Assembly (NCBI GenBank): GCA_016699555.1
Contig: CP064981.1
Location: 155,456 to 219,455 of the forward strand
DNA from: Candidatus Iainarchaeum sp.
Lineage (GTDB): Archaea; Iainarchaeota; Iainarchaeia; Iainarchaeales; VGJJ01
Reading direction: 5' to 3'
Length of the DNA stretch: 64,000 bases
Below the pieces are notes generated by a model. The model worked only from the letters and a program-made list of their open reading frames with translations, did not search any database and was not told the DNA's origin. A program made the translations under genes and the position numbers. How positions within the stretch are numbered: the first letter of the stretch is position 1; every line of letters starts with the position of its first letter. Shown in pieces: positions 18,362-28,900 of this stretch.

Positions 18362-18757
18362 ATGCGTCCGCGTTGGTATGCGCCATTGTTGCAACATTCC
18401 AATGGTACGTCGTTGCACGTCTATGCGACCTTTCCGAAGGCCAAATTCTTCATGGAAAAACAAGTGATTACCCCTAAATTCATCCGGCGTGTGGTCCGCT
18501 TCGAGGTGGATGGCAAACCGGTGGTGCGTGCGCGTTCGGAAGTGCTCGTCGCGGGAACGAAACCCGCTATTTTGAAGGAACTGCGTGATGGGAAGCGTCC
18601 GATCGGTCTCATCGTAAAAGATTACAAGGTCAAGCGCACGCGTTTGCGCGCGACTTCGCGTACGCGTGAGTTCCACTTTACCGGGGATCTGGATGCGCGC
18701 ATCACGGAACGTTTCTTTGTGGGACCGCACACGAAGACGAAAGCGCATACGCTTTAG
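18362..18757 (+). CDS. Hypothetical basic protein (possibly starts at 18452, MEKQVITPKF...)
   Basis: Coding-like codon use. A TATA-like TATTTAAG sits about 32 nt upstream of 18362, suggesting a leaderless transcript. The overlapping minus-strand ORF is Arg-rich junk. Confidence 0.4.
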   Translation: MRPRWYAPLLQHSNGTSLHVYATFPKAKFFMEKQVITPKFIRRVVRFEVDGKPVVRARSEVLVAGTKPAILKELRDGKRPIGLIVKDYKVKRTRLRATSRTREFHFTGDLDARITERFFVGPHTKTKAHTL

Positions 18758-19906
18758 TTATTGTACGACGCCGAAATCTTTCTCGCTCTCTTTGACTTCT
18801 TCTCGGGCTTTGGAGTATTCCATGGCATCGAGATTTGCGGGCGGGTGTTCGACGTTCATGAGCTCAAAGAAACGATTGAAATCGATCCATGTCTTCTTGT
18901 GGTATTGCTTCTTGGCGATGAGGATGACGTCGCTGGGCAGGTGTTCGGAGGCGAATTCGTAGTCTTTTTCCAGGAATGCGAGTACTTTCATTCCGAATTC
19001 TTTCACGTAAGCAAAGTCGGGCATGGCGCTCCGGGGGAGGCGCTTCTGCGATTCGCCGACGTGCATGTATCCCTTGATTTCGATGAAGTCAAAGTCTCCT
19101 TTGCGGATGAGTTGCGCGTAATGTTGGGGTTCGATGTCATTGATCCCTTTCACGACGGTGAGTCGTGCGGTGGTTCGGTATTTTTTCTTGGCGCATTCGT
19201 CCAACGATTGCTGGTATCGTTCCCAGTAGTCGGGAAAGAGGGGGATGTCCAATTGCTTCAACACCTCTTTGTTGGGCGCGTCCAGGCTGAGGTAGAGCTG
19301 GGTAATGGTGTGGAGGTTCTTGATGGCCTCGGGGTATTGCGCGTTCGTCACGATGAATGTGGAAATGCGTTTGCGATGGAAGTTTTCGCACAACTCATTG
19401 ATCTTTGGATAGACGATGGGTTCTCCCGTCAATGAGAGCGCGACGTGTCCGACGTGCTGGGAGGCATCGAACATGGCTTTGGGTACGCCGGCATGGCCGC
19501 CGAATCCTTGGAGCAAGGTATAGTGGGCCTTGAGCGCTTCGTCGATGATGAAGGAAGGGGAATCCATTTTCCAGTTCCATTCTTTTTCGACCGGTGCTTT
19601 GGTCCCGCGCCAGCAGAAGGTGCAGCGATTGGCGCAGCTGAGGTTGACGGTCATCTGCATGCACTGGTGGGATTGGATCCCATAGAACTTGAGCTTGTAG
19701 CACCCGCCCTCGCCGCGGAGCATGTTCTTGGTCCACCCACAGACTTTGACGGCGGAGTGGCTGCCCACAATGCGGTATTGCTGGTGCTCCAGCTCTTGTT
19801 TGTAGCTTCCTTCCACTTGGACTTTGAAATTTTCTCCCACGATGGGCAAGTCGCTGAGCTCTTGGGCGATCTGGGCGGGCTGGTCTTGGAGGATGGGGAG
19901 CGCCAT
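18758..19906 (-). CDS. taw1: tRNA wybutosine biosynthesis radical-SAM enzyme Taw1/TYW1
   Basis: CxxxCxxC-type radical SAM motif SCANRCTFCWRG and TYW1-specific N-terminal motif AVKVCGWTKNMLRGEGGCYKLKFYGIQSHQCMQM. Confidence 0.85.
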   Translation of the reverse strand: MALPILQDQPAQIAQELSDLPIVGENFKVQVEGSYKQELEHQQYRIVGSHSAVKVCGWTKNMLRGEGGCYKLKFYGIQSHQCMQMTVNLSCANRCTFCWRGTKAPVEKEWNWKMDSPSFIIDEALKAHYTLLQGFGGHAGVPKAMFDASQHVGHVALSLTGEPIVYPKINELCENFHRKRISTFIVTNAQYPEAIKNLHTITQLYLSLDAPNKEVLKQLDIPLFPDYWERYQQSLDECAKKKYRTTARLTVVKGINDIEPQHYAQLIRKGDFDFIEIKGYMHVGESQKRLPRSAMPDFAYVKEFGMKVLAFLEKDYEFASEHLPSDVILIAKKQYHKKTWIDFNRFFELMNVEHPPANLDAMEYSKAREEVKESEKDFGVVQ

Positions 19907-20265
19907 ATGGAGCTTTTGCTCCCGAATCGTTAAAAATAAACGACATAATCGAGGAGGCAGCTGCCTTATTTTGGGCTAAAAACATGCATATAAACTCGGA
20001 TTCCGCTAGTAGGGGGCATGGTCACCCCTCACCCGGACAAACGAAAGAAGCCGGCCCAGCGTGCGCGGCCTTCTCCATATCCCACGCGCGGACAGATCGA
20101 CCGCCAGGCGCTCCGCGATATCTTTCCCTCGCATCCTGGAAGGCGACCTATCCGCCGCATCCGCAGGGAATGAGCTCCCTCCCGGAATCAATGCCTTTGG
20201 TCGTGGAATAGGTAAACGTTTTTATATGTGAAAATCGTTCCTCCAGCAATAAGGGGGTTTCCTAT

Positions 20266-20538
20266 ATGTACAAATTTGCAATCGCACGCCAATTGGCTAC
20301 GAAACGCGTGATTACGAATCGCGGCGACGAAGTCGGTCGCTTATCCGACTTGCTCGTGGATGAGAATACGGGCAATATCGAGGCCTTGATCGTCGAAGTG
20401 GATGCCGAATCCCGCGTCATCAAGAAAGCCAACCTGCAAGAAAGGGTCATTCAGGTCCCTTACGCAGCCGTTACCGCGGTCTCCGATGTTTTCATCGTGG
20501 ACGAACGCGAGATTACCAGCTTGGGTTCACAACAATAA
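20266..20538 (+). CDS. PRC-barrel domain protein
   Basis: KRVITNRGDEVGRLSDLLVDENTGNIEALIV is a PRC-barrel signature. RBS AAGGGGG is 9 nt upstream. Confidence 0.65.
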   Translation: MYKFAIARQLATKRVITNRGDEVGRLSDLLVDENTGNIEALIVEVDAESRVIKKANLQERVIQVPYAAVTAVSDVFIVDEREITSLGSQQ

Positions 20539-20612
20539 CGTCGTGATCCACACCCATCACTGTTATCATTGCGCGCAAGCGCAATGAACCCCCTTCCAGG
20601 GAATTCTTTTTT

Positions 20613-21485
20613 TTATTCCGCTTCCCATTCCACGCTGGCTCTGTCAAAATCGATGGTTTTGATCCCTTTGATTTTCTTCTGCAATTCCTTGAGGGCATCT
20701 TTCTCGTTCACTTTTTGTTTTTTGGCGCGTTGTAATGCGTGGATGAGCGCTTCGACTTCGGCGAAGTGGGCATAGATCCATTCGCCTTTGCTTTGGAGTT
20801 CGGCAATTTCTTTTTCCCATTCCTGCATTTGCTTTTGCTGTCGTTCTAAATTGATTTCGAGCGCTTTCTTCTGCAGTTGCGTTTTCGTTTCGCGCACGAC
20901 GGCTTCCTGCTCTTCATCTTGTTGGCCGAATGCGACCGCTTCGATACGCGAAAAGAGCGCGTCGATGGCTTCAACACTTATCGCTTCCGCTGCTTCTTTC
21001 TTTTCTGGGAGTTTGTTCTGGTTTTGGGGGAATTGGTAGGGTTGCCCTCCCTTGAGTGTGCGTCCTTTCCATTCGCGCGCGGCCAGTACGGCAAGAATTT
21101 TCCTGTTTTCATTGTTTTCCGTCACGATGATATTGCCTTCCCCGAATAGCTCGAGGATGAGTCGGATGGCGGTGCATGTGATGACGAGAATGCGATCGCT
21201 GCCGTGCTGCGCGACGGAATTTATTTTTTGGTTTTCGAATAGCGCTTTTGTTTTGTTGACGATGGGGGGCTGGTCAGGCAATACGTCCCACTTGCGCTGG
21301 GAGACCCATGCCAAGTTGGGGAGTTTGACCAGCAATGAGACCTTTTCCTGCTTGGTGTTGATCTTGAATTGGAATGTGTTTTCTCCGACGGCGCGGAATT
21401 GGTTGAAGTAGCTTCCGCGCCATTCTTCGTTCCATTTTTTCGCGATTGCGTGGAGTTGCTGGCTGCTCAATTGGAATGAGGGCAT
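20613..21485 (-). CDS. NFACT-N domain protein (Rqc2/FbpA N-terminal homolog), apparently truncated with no NFACT-R/DUF814 part
   Basis: MPSFQLSSQQLHAIAKKWNEEWRGSYFNQFRAVGENTFQFKINT...LLVKLPNLAWVSQRKWDV...SDRILVITCT matches the NFACT-N pattern, followed by a coiled coil. The track start is GTG; the ATG is at 21485. Confidence 0.5.
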   Translation of the reverse strand: MPSFQLSSQQLHAIAKKWNEEWRGSYFNQFRAVGENTFQFKINTKQEKVSLLVKLPNLAWVSQRKWDVLPDQPPIVNKTKALFENQKINSVAQHGSDRILVITCTAIRLILELFGEGNIIVTENNENRKILAVLAAREWKGRTLKGGQPYQFPQNQNKLPEKKEAAEAISVEAIDALFSRIEAVAFGQQDEEQEAVVRETKTQLQKKALEINLERQQKQMQEWEKEIAELQSKGEWIYAHFAEVEALIHALQRAKKQKVNEKDALKELQKKIKGIKTIDFDRASVEWEAE

Positions 21486-21535
21486 ATGATTCCTATGCGC
21501 CACCCGCTTTATTGGCTTTTGCCTTTGCGTGAGGG

Positions 21536-22117
21536 CTAAACGAACTGCTCATAGATTTGGGCGTTGAAGCGATAGACGGCGCGCGTGATCTTCTTTCCGT
21601 TGAATTGGTATTTCTTGAAGACGTAGCCTTTTTCCCCGTAGTATTTGAAGAAGCCGTGCTGCAGGCAGGGGTCGAGCAGCAGGGTGACGTTGTTGATGGT
21701 GCTCAACACGACGGCGTGCGTGCTTCCGTCTTCGAGCTCCATGACATACACGAATGCGTTATTGTCCCCGAGCGCGGACATGCAGGTGCACAGCAGCACG
21801 GAAAGGTCTTCGTCGTCGGATATCTTGTTGATGAGGATCTCTTTGGGGGAGAGCCAGAAGTTGAGATTGAGGTCGTTGGGGACGTATTGGATTTCTTTGG
21901 TGAGGAATTCGTATATCTTCTGGACGGTCTCGAGGTAATCCTTCTCATACGCATAGGGCTCGGGTTTGTAGAGCGTGATGAGGTTCTGGATATTGAGGTC
22001 TTCCGTGTCGACGAGGGCCTTGATCTGTCCCACGGTGCGTTGTTCTTGTTGGTTGATCAATTCGCCATACTTGTCGAGCAGGACACGGTATAGCTTGAGT
22101 TTGCCTTCGGCCGCCAT
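21536..22117 (-). CDS. Transglutaminase-like cysteine peptidase fold protein (Cys-His-Asp), cytoplasmic
   Basis: LSVLLCTCMSALGDNNAFVYVMELEDGSTHAVVLS...LLLDPC matches the papain-like transglutaminase core (C..H..D). Confidence 0.45.
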   Translation of the reverse strand: MAAEGKLKLYRVLLDKYGELINQQEQRTVGQIKALVDTEDLNIQNLITLYKPEPYAYEKDYLETVQKIYEFLTKEIQYVPNDLNLNFWLSPKEILINKISDDEDLSVLLCTCMSALGDNNAFVYVMELEDGSTHAVVLSTINNVTLLLDPCLQHGFFKYYGEKGYVFKKYQFNGKKITRAVYRFNAQIYEQFV

Positions 22118-22225
22118 CTAATGAATATACATAAGCTTTGTCCTATTTAATGCGGCTGGATAACGGCCTCGCTTTGGCTAATCGAACCTGTTTGCGTGGT
22201 TGCTTTTTATTGGCCATTTCGTTGC

Positions 22226-22642
22226 ATGGGATTGATGCATGCGCGTGGACAAGTGGCATTCGAGTACATCGTCTTTACGGCTTTCCTCATGGGGGTGGCC
22301 GTCATCCTCTTCGCGTACTCGTTCATTTCTTACTCGACTACTATTCAAGTCACCCAAAGCCAGTCCGTCGTGGATCAGGTCTCGAATGCCGTGGATTTCG
22401 TTTATGCCAAGGGACCGGGCAACACGGTGCTGATCGACATCAAGCTGCCTTCTTCGGTGACGAATTTCCGCGTGGATCAAAATTACGTGCTGATGACGTT
22501 CCTTCCGCCGGTGGGGGGGAGCACTTCCGTATTCGCTTTCACGCGTGCGCATCTTACGCCTCAACAGTTGTATTTTGAAGAGGGCATCTACACGCTGCAG
22601 GTGAGCATGACGGATACGAATGCGACCGTGACCAACACATGA
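22226..22642 (+). CDS. Archaeal type IV pilin-like protein (class III signal peptide)
   Basis: MGLMHARGQVAFEYIVFTAFLMGVAVILFAY is a class III prepilin signal with cleavage after RG and a hydrophobic H-domain. The track start is GTG. Confidence 0.7.
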   Translation: MGLMHARGQVAFEYIVFTAFLMGVAVILFAYSFISYSTTIQVTQSQSVVDQVSNAVDFVYAKGPGNTVLIDIKLPSSVTNFRVDQNYVLMTFLPPVGGSTSVFAFTRAHLTPQQLYFEEGIYTLQVSMTDTNATVTNT

Positions 22643-24225
22643 ACTCGACGCGTGCCCAAGTGGCGACCGAAATCCTATTGAGCATCCTGATTTTGTTATT
22701 GGTGTTTGTCGTCGTACTCCTGCTCATCCACACGCGCAGCGTCTCGAATCTGGCGCTCCAACAGAATCTGCAGGAGGAGGGGATCTGCACCAAGCTGGCG
22801 TCGATCATCACCTACATGAGCTCCAATCCGCCCTACACGGAAACGAGGCTCGAACTGGAATTCGATACGAATATCGTTGCCGGCACCATCTTCGTGGGAG
22901 ACCGCATTTGTCCGTTCTTGGGGAACGTCTCCAATGTGATCCTATATCGCGGCATCGTGAAGGCCTTCGATGTGAATGGGTTGATCATTTTCACGAACGA
23001 TTTGAATTATTCTCCTTTCAATCCGCCCGTGCAAGTGCCGAATTCCAATGCGAATGTTACTGCGGGGATCGTCTTGCTGACGGACGACCAAAACCAAGTG
23101 TGGTCGACCGAGGTGCAGGCGGACGATGTGGCGTACGCCGTTTCGTTGGACGATCAGCTGGTGGACCCGGATTGGGTGGAGTTCCGTTTCTCCAACTTGG
23201 GGTTAACGCCCGCGGACACCATCACGAATGTGAGCATTTACATCAAGCACCTGCAAGGGAATCTCATCGGCCTCACCGAGGACTTGCGCCGCATCCAGTG
23301 TTGGAATGGCACGACGTGGTTGGATATTGAAGCGTATACGCCGAGCTACTCCGAAACCCTGTATCAGAGTCCCAATCTCAGCAGCTGCATTTCGGACTAC
23401 AATCTGGCCAACAACGCGCGGTTGCGCATGACCTATGAACCGAGCGGTTCGGGTTCGGGCATCTCGATCGATTATGGAAGGCTGGATGTGAATTTTTTGG
23501 AGATCGGTCAGACATTGGATTTGTGGGAGTTGGCTGTTGATTTGCCGCAGCCCGTGGACTTCCGCACGGATGTGAATTCCACTGCGAATACGTTCGGCCC
23601 TGGCGCCGGGAATGATGGGTGGGACTGGAACATCAACCAATTCGGTGGAATCGCTCCGCAAGGCATACAATTCAATGTCGATCCGAATGGGGATGGGAGT
23701 ATTGTTGATTCGAATGTGCCGGTGAACCAGCAACTCCAGATCCGCATGGGCGGCGGCGCGCCGAATGCGGGGGCATTTCCGGATGATAATGCGTTTACGG
23801 GTCCAGCGGTCTCCGGGGCGTATGGGATCCAAGTGGATGTCAATTCGTCCATGTGGTCGCGCATCCAGGGAGGGGGACAACTGCTCTTGAGCTTTGCATA
23901 TTTGGTGGACGCGGATGCGGGCTGGGGCAATGCGGCGGATGCGGGGGAAGAGGCTTGGGTCAAGGCACGCTTCGGCAGCAGCGGGAACATGAATTATTTG
24001 GGGAGCGACCTCGACACCAGCGATGACGATGGGGATGCGTCCCCTGAAATATGGTTTGCGGATACGCCGCGCGACACGACTGCATTCTTCACGCAGGACA
24101 TTTCGTCTTTCGTCACGGGAACCGGGACATATTATTTGGAGCTCGGCGGTGCGCTATCGGATTGGGATTTGGGGAACGAGGGCGTTGGGATTTATATCGA
24201 CAACATCAATCTGGTGGTAACCTAA
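22639..24225 (+). CDS. Large pilin-like protein (class III signal peptide, 528 aa), putative minor pilin or tip protein
   Basis: MNSTRAQVATEILLSILILLLVFVVVLLLI. ATGA overlap with the upstream pilin gene. Confidence 0.6.
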   Translation: MNSTRAQVATEILLSILILLLVFVVVLLLIHTRSVSNLALQQNLQEEGICTKLASIITYMSSNPPYTETRLELEFDTNIVAGTIFVGDRICPFLGNVSNVILYRGIVKAFDVNGLIIFTNDLNYSPFNPPVQVPNSNANVTAGIVLLTDDQNQVWSTEVQADDVAYAVSLDDQLVDPDWVEFRFSNLGLTPADTITNVSIYIKHLQGNLIGLTEDLRRIQCWNGTTWLDIEAYTPSYSETLYQSPNLSSCISDYNLANNARLRMTYEPSGSGSGISIDYGRLDVNFLEIGQTLDLWELAVDLPQPVDFRTDVNSTANTFGPGAGNDGWDWNINQFGGIAPQGIQFNVDPNGDGSIVDSNVPVNQQLQIRMGGGAPNAGAFPDDNAFTGPAVSGAYGIQVDVNSSMWSRIQGGGQLLLSFAYLVDADAGWGNAADAGEEAWVKARFGSSGNMNYLGSDLDTSDDDGDASPEIWFADTPRDTTAFFTQDISSFVTGTGTYYLELGGALSDWDLGNEGVGIYIDNINLVVT

Positions 24226-25394
24226 TGCCTTTATCCGACTCTTCTAGTGCACCCATGCGCTTCCAAATGCAGTGGCTTTTGGGGCCCGCGGCGTTGATCG
24301 TGTTAGCGATCGTTCTCGTGGTTGCTTTTCCTTCCGCGCCAGCGCCTTCTGCAGTGGCCCCTGACGTGGCTTCGCCAGAGCCCGTGAGCGAAGTTACGAC
24401 GATCCCTCCCGATCAGGCGCGCACGATCGCGTTGACGCAGTGTGCCGCTACCTATGACTGCACGCAAGCGGATTGTCTCGAGAAAGTGCTCACGCACATC
24501 GATTCGGCCACGCAGCGGATCCAGGCCGTACTCCGAACGCCTGCCCCCAAAATATTCCGCGATCACTTGCGCGCGGCGATCAAGCGCGGGGTAAAGGTGG
24601 AGTTGATCCTCGATTCGTCGTTGAATCCCAAATTCTTCCTGGAAGGGGCGGTCGTACGCGTAAAGTCGGTGAATAATTTTGTTGCGACGAATTTTGTGCA
24701 GGTAGACGATACCTCCGTGCTCGTGGGCACGGATCCTGCCGTCTATGCGCAGGGCGCGGACACGATTCGCGTGATCTGTCGCGAGAACGAGCGCGATCTC
24801 TTCCAGGCGTTGTTCTCTCGTCTCTGGCAGAACGAGTCGAGCGCTTTTTCGTCGCAAACCACGGAGGAAGAGGTTCTCTCCGATAGCGAGCTTTCGATCT
24901 CATCCGGAGGCAGCGGGGATGCGTGCGTGATTTCGCAGTGTCCTGCCGACAGCTACACGTGCTCTTCCACCACCAAGATATGGCAGAATTATTTTTGCAC
25001 GGAGGATGGATGCGCGTATGAGATTCTTCCGCTCTATTTCAGCGCGGATTGCGGATACGTGAATCCGGGTTTCGATGCGCAGGGGATGCCGCTCATCGTG
25101 ATCACGGAGACGGAGACGGACGAGCGTAATGTCCAGAACGAGTTCTTGGAATTCACTGCGTTGCAGTCGCTCGAGCTATCGGGCTTTTCGCTTTTGCGCA
25201 ATGGGGTTCCGCTCATCACGTTCCCCGACCCTTTCATCTTGGACGGGGCCGCGCGCGTGCATACGGGGAGCGGCACTAACACGACGACCGCTATTCACTT
25301 GGCTTCTCCCACGACGCTGTGGTCGGGGGAAACGGTTATGGCCACTCTCATCAACCCGCTCGGAAACGTGGTGGCGGAAAGGGAATTCGGGTGA
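24225..25394 (+). CDS. Membrane-anchored extracellular protein with a degenerate PLD-like domain and a C-terminal lamin-tail-like domain
   Basis: N-terminal TM LLGPAALIVLAIVLVVAF. The region AIKRGVKVELILDSS...FVQVDDTSVLVGTDPA is PLD-like but lacks HxK. The C-terminus LEFTALQSLELSGFSLLRNGVPLITFPD...GAARVHTGSGTNT looks like a lamin-tail domain. Confidence 0.4.
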   Translation: MPLSDSSSAPMRFQMQWLLGPAALIVLAIVLVVAFPSAPAPSAVAPDVASPEPVSEVTTIPPDQARTIALTQCAATYDCTQADCLEKVLTHIDSATQRIQAVLRTPAPKIFRDHLRAAIKRGVKVELILDSSLNPKFFLEGAVVRVKSVNNFVATNFVQVDDTSVLVGTDPAVYAQGADTIRVICRENERDLFQALFSRLWQNESSAFSSQTTEEEVLSDSELSISSGGSGDACVISQCPADSYTCSSTTKIWQNYFCTEDGCAYEILPLYFSADCGYVNPGFDAQGMPLIVITETETDERNVQNEFLEFTALQSLELSGFSLLRNGVPLITFPDPFILDGAARVHTGSGTNTTTAIHLASPTTLWSGETVMATLINPLGNVVAEREFG

Positions 25395-25399
25395 GGCAC

Positions 25400-25918
25400 A
25401 TGGCGCCCACTCCCTCTTCGGTCCGCGAATCCAAGCGTGGTCAAGCGGCGATCCCGGATGTGATGTTTGCAGTGACGCTGTTCATGATCATCCTGGCCGG
25501 AATCTTTTATTTTCAGGGATCGATCGAGCGTGCGACGGAGCTGCAGTTCGAGCGGAAGACATTGGATACGACGACCGCGAATGTGGCGGAGTATCTCGTG
25601 AAGAATCCCGGCACGCCATCGGACTGGGAATTGCTGTCGGACTATAACGCGGTACAGTTCTTCGGGCTAGCACTACGCGATCGCGTGTTGGATCCGGATA
25701 AGCTCGTCGCCTTTGTGAATCTCGGAAACACGAACTATGATTTCCTGCGCGAAAAGCTGCGGCTCAGCCATTTTAACTACTACATCGAATTCACTGGGGG
25801 AGCGAATGTCGCGACGGGATTGGCCCCCATCGGGTCGGTGCAATCCAGCGTGGTACGGCGCTTCGTGACCGTGAATGGGATCGAGACCACAGTGACGGTG
25901 ACCATCTATGCCACATGA
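25400..25918 (+). CDS. Pilin-like protein (class III signal peptide)
   Basis: MAPTPSSVRESKRGQAAIPDVMFAVTLFMIILAGIFYF. Confidence 0.6.
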   Translation: MAPTPSSVRESKRGQAAIPDVMFAVTLFMIILAGIFYFQGSIERATELQFERKTLDTTTANVAEYLVKNPGTPSDWELLSDYNAVQFFGLALRDRVLDPDKLVAFVNLGNTNYDFLREKLRLSHFNYYIEFTGGANVATGLAPIGSVQSSVVRRFVTVNGIETTVTVTIYAT

Positions 25919-28900
25919 TTACTATTCCATTCCCTCGCAGAGGGGTTTTGCTTTCAGCGCAGACGTGGTGCTGGCCCTCATCCTGGTTTCAGCGGTAGCG
26001 CTGCTCGTCTCGTTGCCCAACCAACCCACTTCTTTCTTGGAGGAACGACGCGTGGCGGATCAGTATGTGGACGATATCTTTTTGGCCATGGACCATTCGG
26101 GTTTTGTCTCGAATGAGATCGATACCAATGGCTTTTCTTCGGCGACGCTGCAGAACATCTACTCCTACATCCGCACGCTCTTGCCGCCGCAGTACGATCT
26201 TTATGTGGAGCTGACGAGTTATCCCGTTGATGTCAACTCCTGCCAGTCGGCGCAAGATTTTTCTTCTTGCTTTCCCGATGCCAATCGCACGGCTCTCCAG
26301 CATGGAACGGCGCTTCCCAATTCGGCTCCATTCGTGCATGGGCGAAGGGTCTTCTTCAAGCAACAGCCTGCATCCCAATGCACGGGCGGATTGGCGCCGC
26401 ACGCGGGAGGGATCTATGCGCCTTATTCTCCGCCGCTTGCCTTGGCAGAGGATGCGAACATCAATTTCGATGTGAATATTTTTCCGGCAGGTCCATTGAC
26501 GTGCGACCAGAACATTACGGTTTCATTGACGGTAACCACCTCTTCGGGGACGCGCCGCCCGGTGGACATGATGTTGGTGTTCGACCGTTCAGGGAGCATG
26601 AGCTGGGGCGGTCAAGTGAGCACGACAGCAGCTATCGGCATCGAGGTGGACCAGAACTATGCATTTGTGGCGGATTCCACTGCGGGGTTGCGCGATTTGA
26701 ATGTGAGCAGTCCGGGGCTGCCATTGATCATGGGCACCTACAACTCTCCGGGGACCGCGAACGACGTGGACGTGAATGGAAATTATGCCTATCTCGCAGA
26801 TGGGAGTTCGGGATTGCGCATCGTGAATGTGACCAACAAAGCCTCTCCTTCTTCCACGAGTCAACTGGATGTAGGGGGAACGGCATATGGTGTGGCAAGC
26901 AGGGATGGCGTGACATATGTTTCGACGTACGATAACTCCAGCATCGACGTGGAAACGACGACGAACAATAGTCCGAATCAGAACCTCTATATCGGGAGGA
27001 GCTCTTCCCAAGCGAGTGCAGCGCAATCATTCGCGCCCGGAGTGGATTTCATTTCGGGCTTTAGCGTGCGCCTGCGCAAGGTGGGGAGTCCGCCCGACAT
27101 CACGGCGCATTTGCGCACGAGCATTTCGGGGAGCGATTTGAATAGTGTCACGATTGCCGCTTCCTCGGTAGGAACCTCTTCGAGCGGCGCCTATGTGGAC
27201 GTGAATTTCGCGGGGATGGTCCCACTCACGAGCGGAAGCACGTACTTCATCGTCCTCACGACCGCGTCCAACAGTTCATCGAACTACTACGAATGGAAAG
27301 CCCGCGGGAGCAGCCCATACTCTGGGGGACAGGCCTATCAGAATACGACTTCGCAGTCGTGGGACGCGTATTTGCGCACGTATTTCGTTCCGGGCCTCGT
27401 CGTTGTCGATACGAGCAACAAGGCTTCTCCGCGCGTGATCGGCGCTTCGGCGTTGGAGGATGCCTATCACATCGCGCTGAGCGGGGATTATGCCTATGCC
27501 GCGAATGGGACGAATGGATTCCGCATTTTCGATATCTCCGCTGCTCAGCCTAGCGTGGTAGGGAATTGCTCTACTGCTGCGGGGTGCAACATTTCGAGCG
27601 GCACGACGTATGATGTGTGGCCGAGCGGCAACTATGCGTATGTCGCGAATGGATCTCAAGGGTTGCGCGTCGTGAACATCTCCAATCCCGCATCGCCGAG
27701 TCTCGTTGCCACCTACAATACGCCCGGCACAGCCTACACGGTGCGCTTGAAGGATACGAATGCCATCGTTGCGGATGATAGCTCGTTGCAGGTAATAGAC
27801 GTGACAACGCCTGCTTCTCCGGCATTGGCGACGAGCTATGCAACCCCTTACAGTTATCGCGATCTTGAAGTCCAAGGGGAATGGGCTTACATCGCCGTCG
27901 ATTCTGGAATTCCGGGGGTCATCACGATCGACCTGCGCGTGGGTCCCAAGCTCAATCAAGCGAAGACTTCTGCGACCACGTTCGTGGACTTCAATGGATG
28001 GAATAGCTCCAGCGACCAGATGGGGCTCGTGAGCTTCTCGAGCAGCGCCACGCTGGATCAGGCGCTCACGAAGACGTATTCGCTCGTTGACACCGCAGTG
28101 AACAATCTGGTCTCGAATGGGGGCACGGCCGCAGGGGATGGCATCAATACTGCAACGACCCACTTTGGCACGGCACAGACGGATGTGAGCAATACGGGGA
28201 GCCAGAACCAGGTGTTGTACATCGGACAAAATTCCACGAACGAATCGGCGGTGCAGGCCTATCAGCCCGTGCTCCCCTATCTTTCGCGTGCGGACTTGTA
28301 CATCCGTCGCGTGGGAAATCCTTCCTCTCCTTTGGTCGTTGAATTGCGTTCGAGCATTTCGGGGAGCGCGATCGTGAGCGCGACGATTCCCGCTTCTTCG
28401 GTCGGAACGTCGTATGCGCTAGTCCAGGCGAACTTCAACACGACTTCCGTCACTCCGGGCACGACGTATTATTTGGTTGCGACCACTGCCACGAATAATG
28501 CCTCGAACTACTACCAGTGGGGCGCGAGCTCGAGCAATCCTTATTCGGGGGGACAAGCCTATCAGAATACGACTTTGCAGTCGACATGGGATGCGCGCTT
28601 CGCCACGTATGGGGGCTATACCAATCCCTCTGCGCTGAAGTTCCAAATCCTGCTGGGGGATGGCCAGACGAACTCGGGGGCCAATTCTTCGACGGCCGCC
28701 ATCACGGCAAGCAACAGTGGTATCATCATCTATACCATTGGTTTCGGAGAGGATGCGGATGCGAGTGAGTTGTCGAACATCGCGAGCCTGACGGGGGGCC
28801 AATACTATTATGCGGCGGACCAGAACGCGCTGAGCGCGGTCTATCAGCTGATCGCGCAAACCATTCAAGTGATTGCGCAGGATGCCAACATCTACACCAC

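Noticed and set aside
18212-18748. Upper part of minus ORF 17990-18748 (MRFRLRVRSHKETFRDARIQ...)
   Set aside because: Arg-rich antisense translation of the plus-strand gene 18362-18757. Only the C-terminal 73-aa TM + coiled-coil segment looks real.
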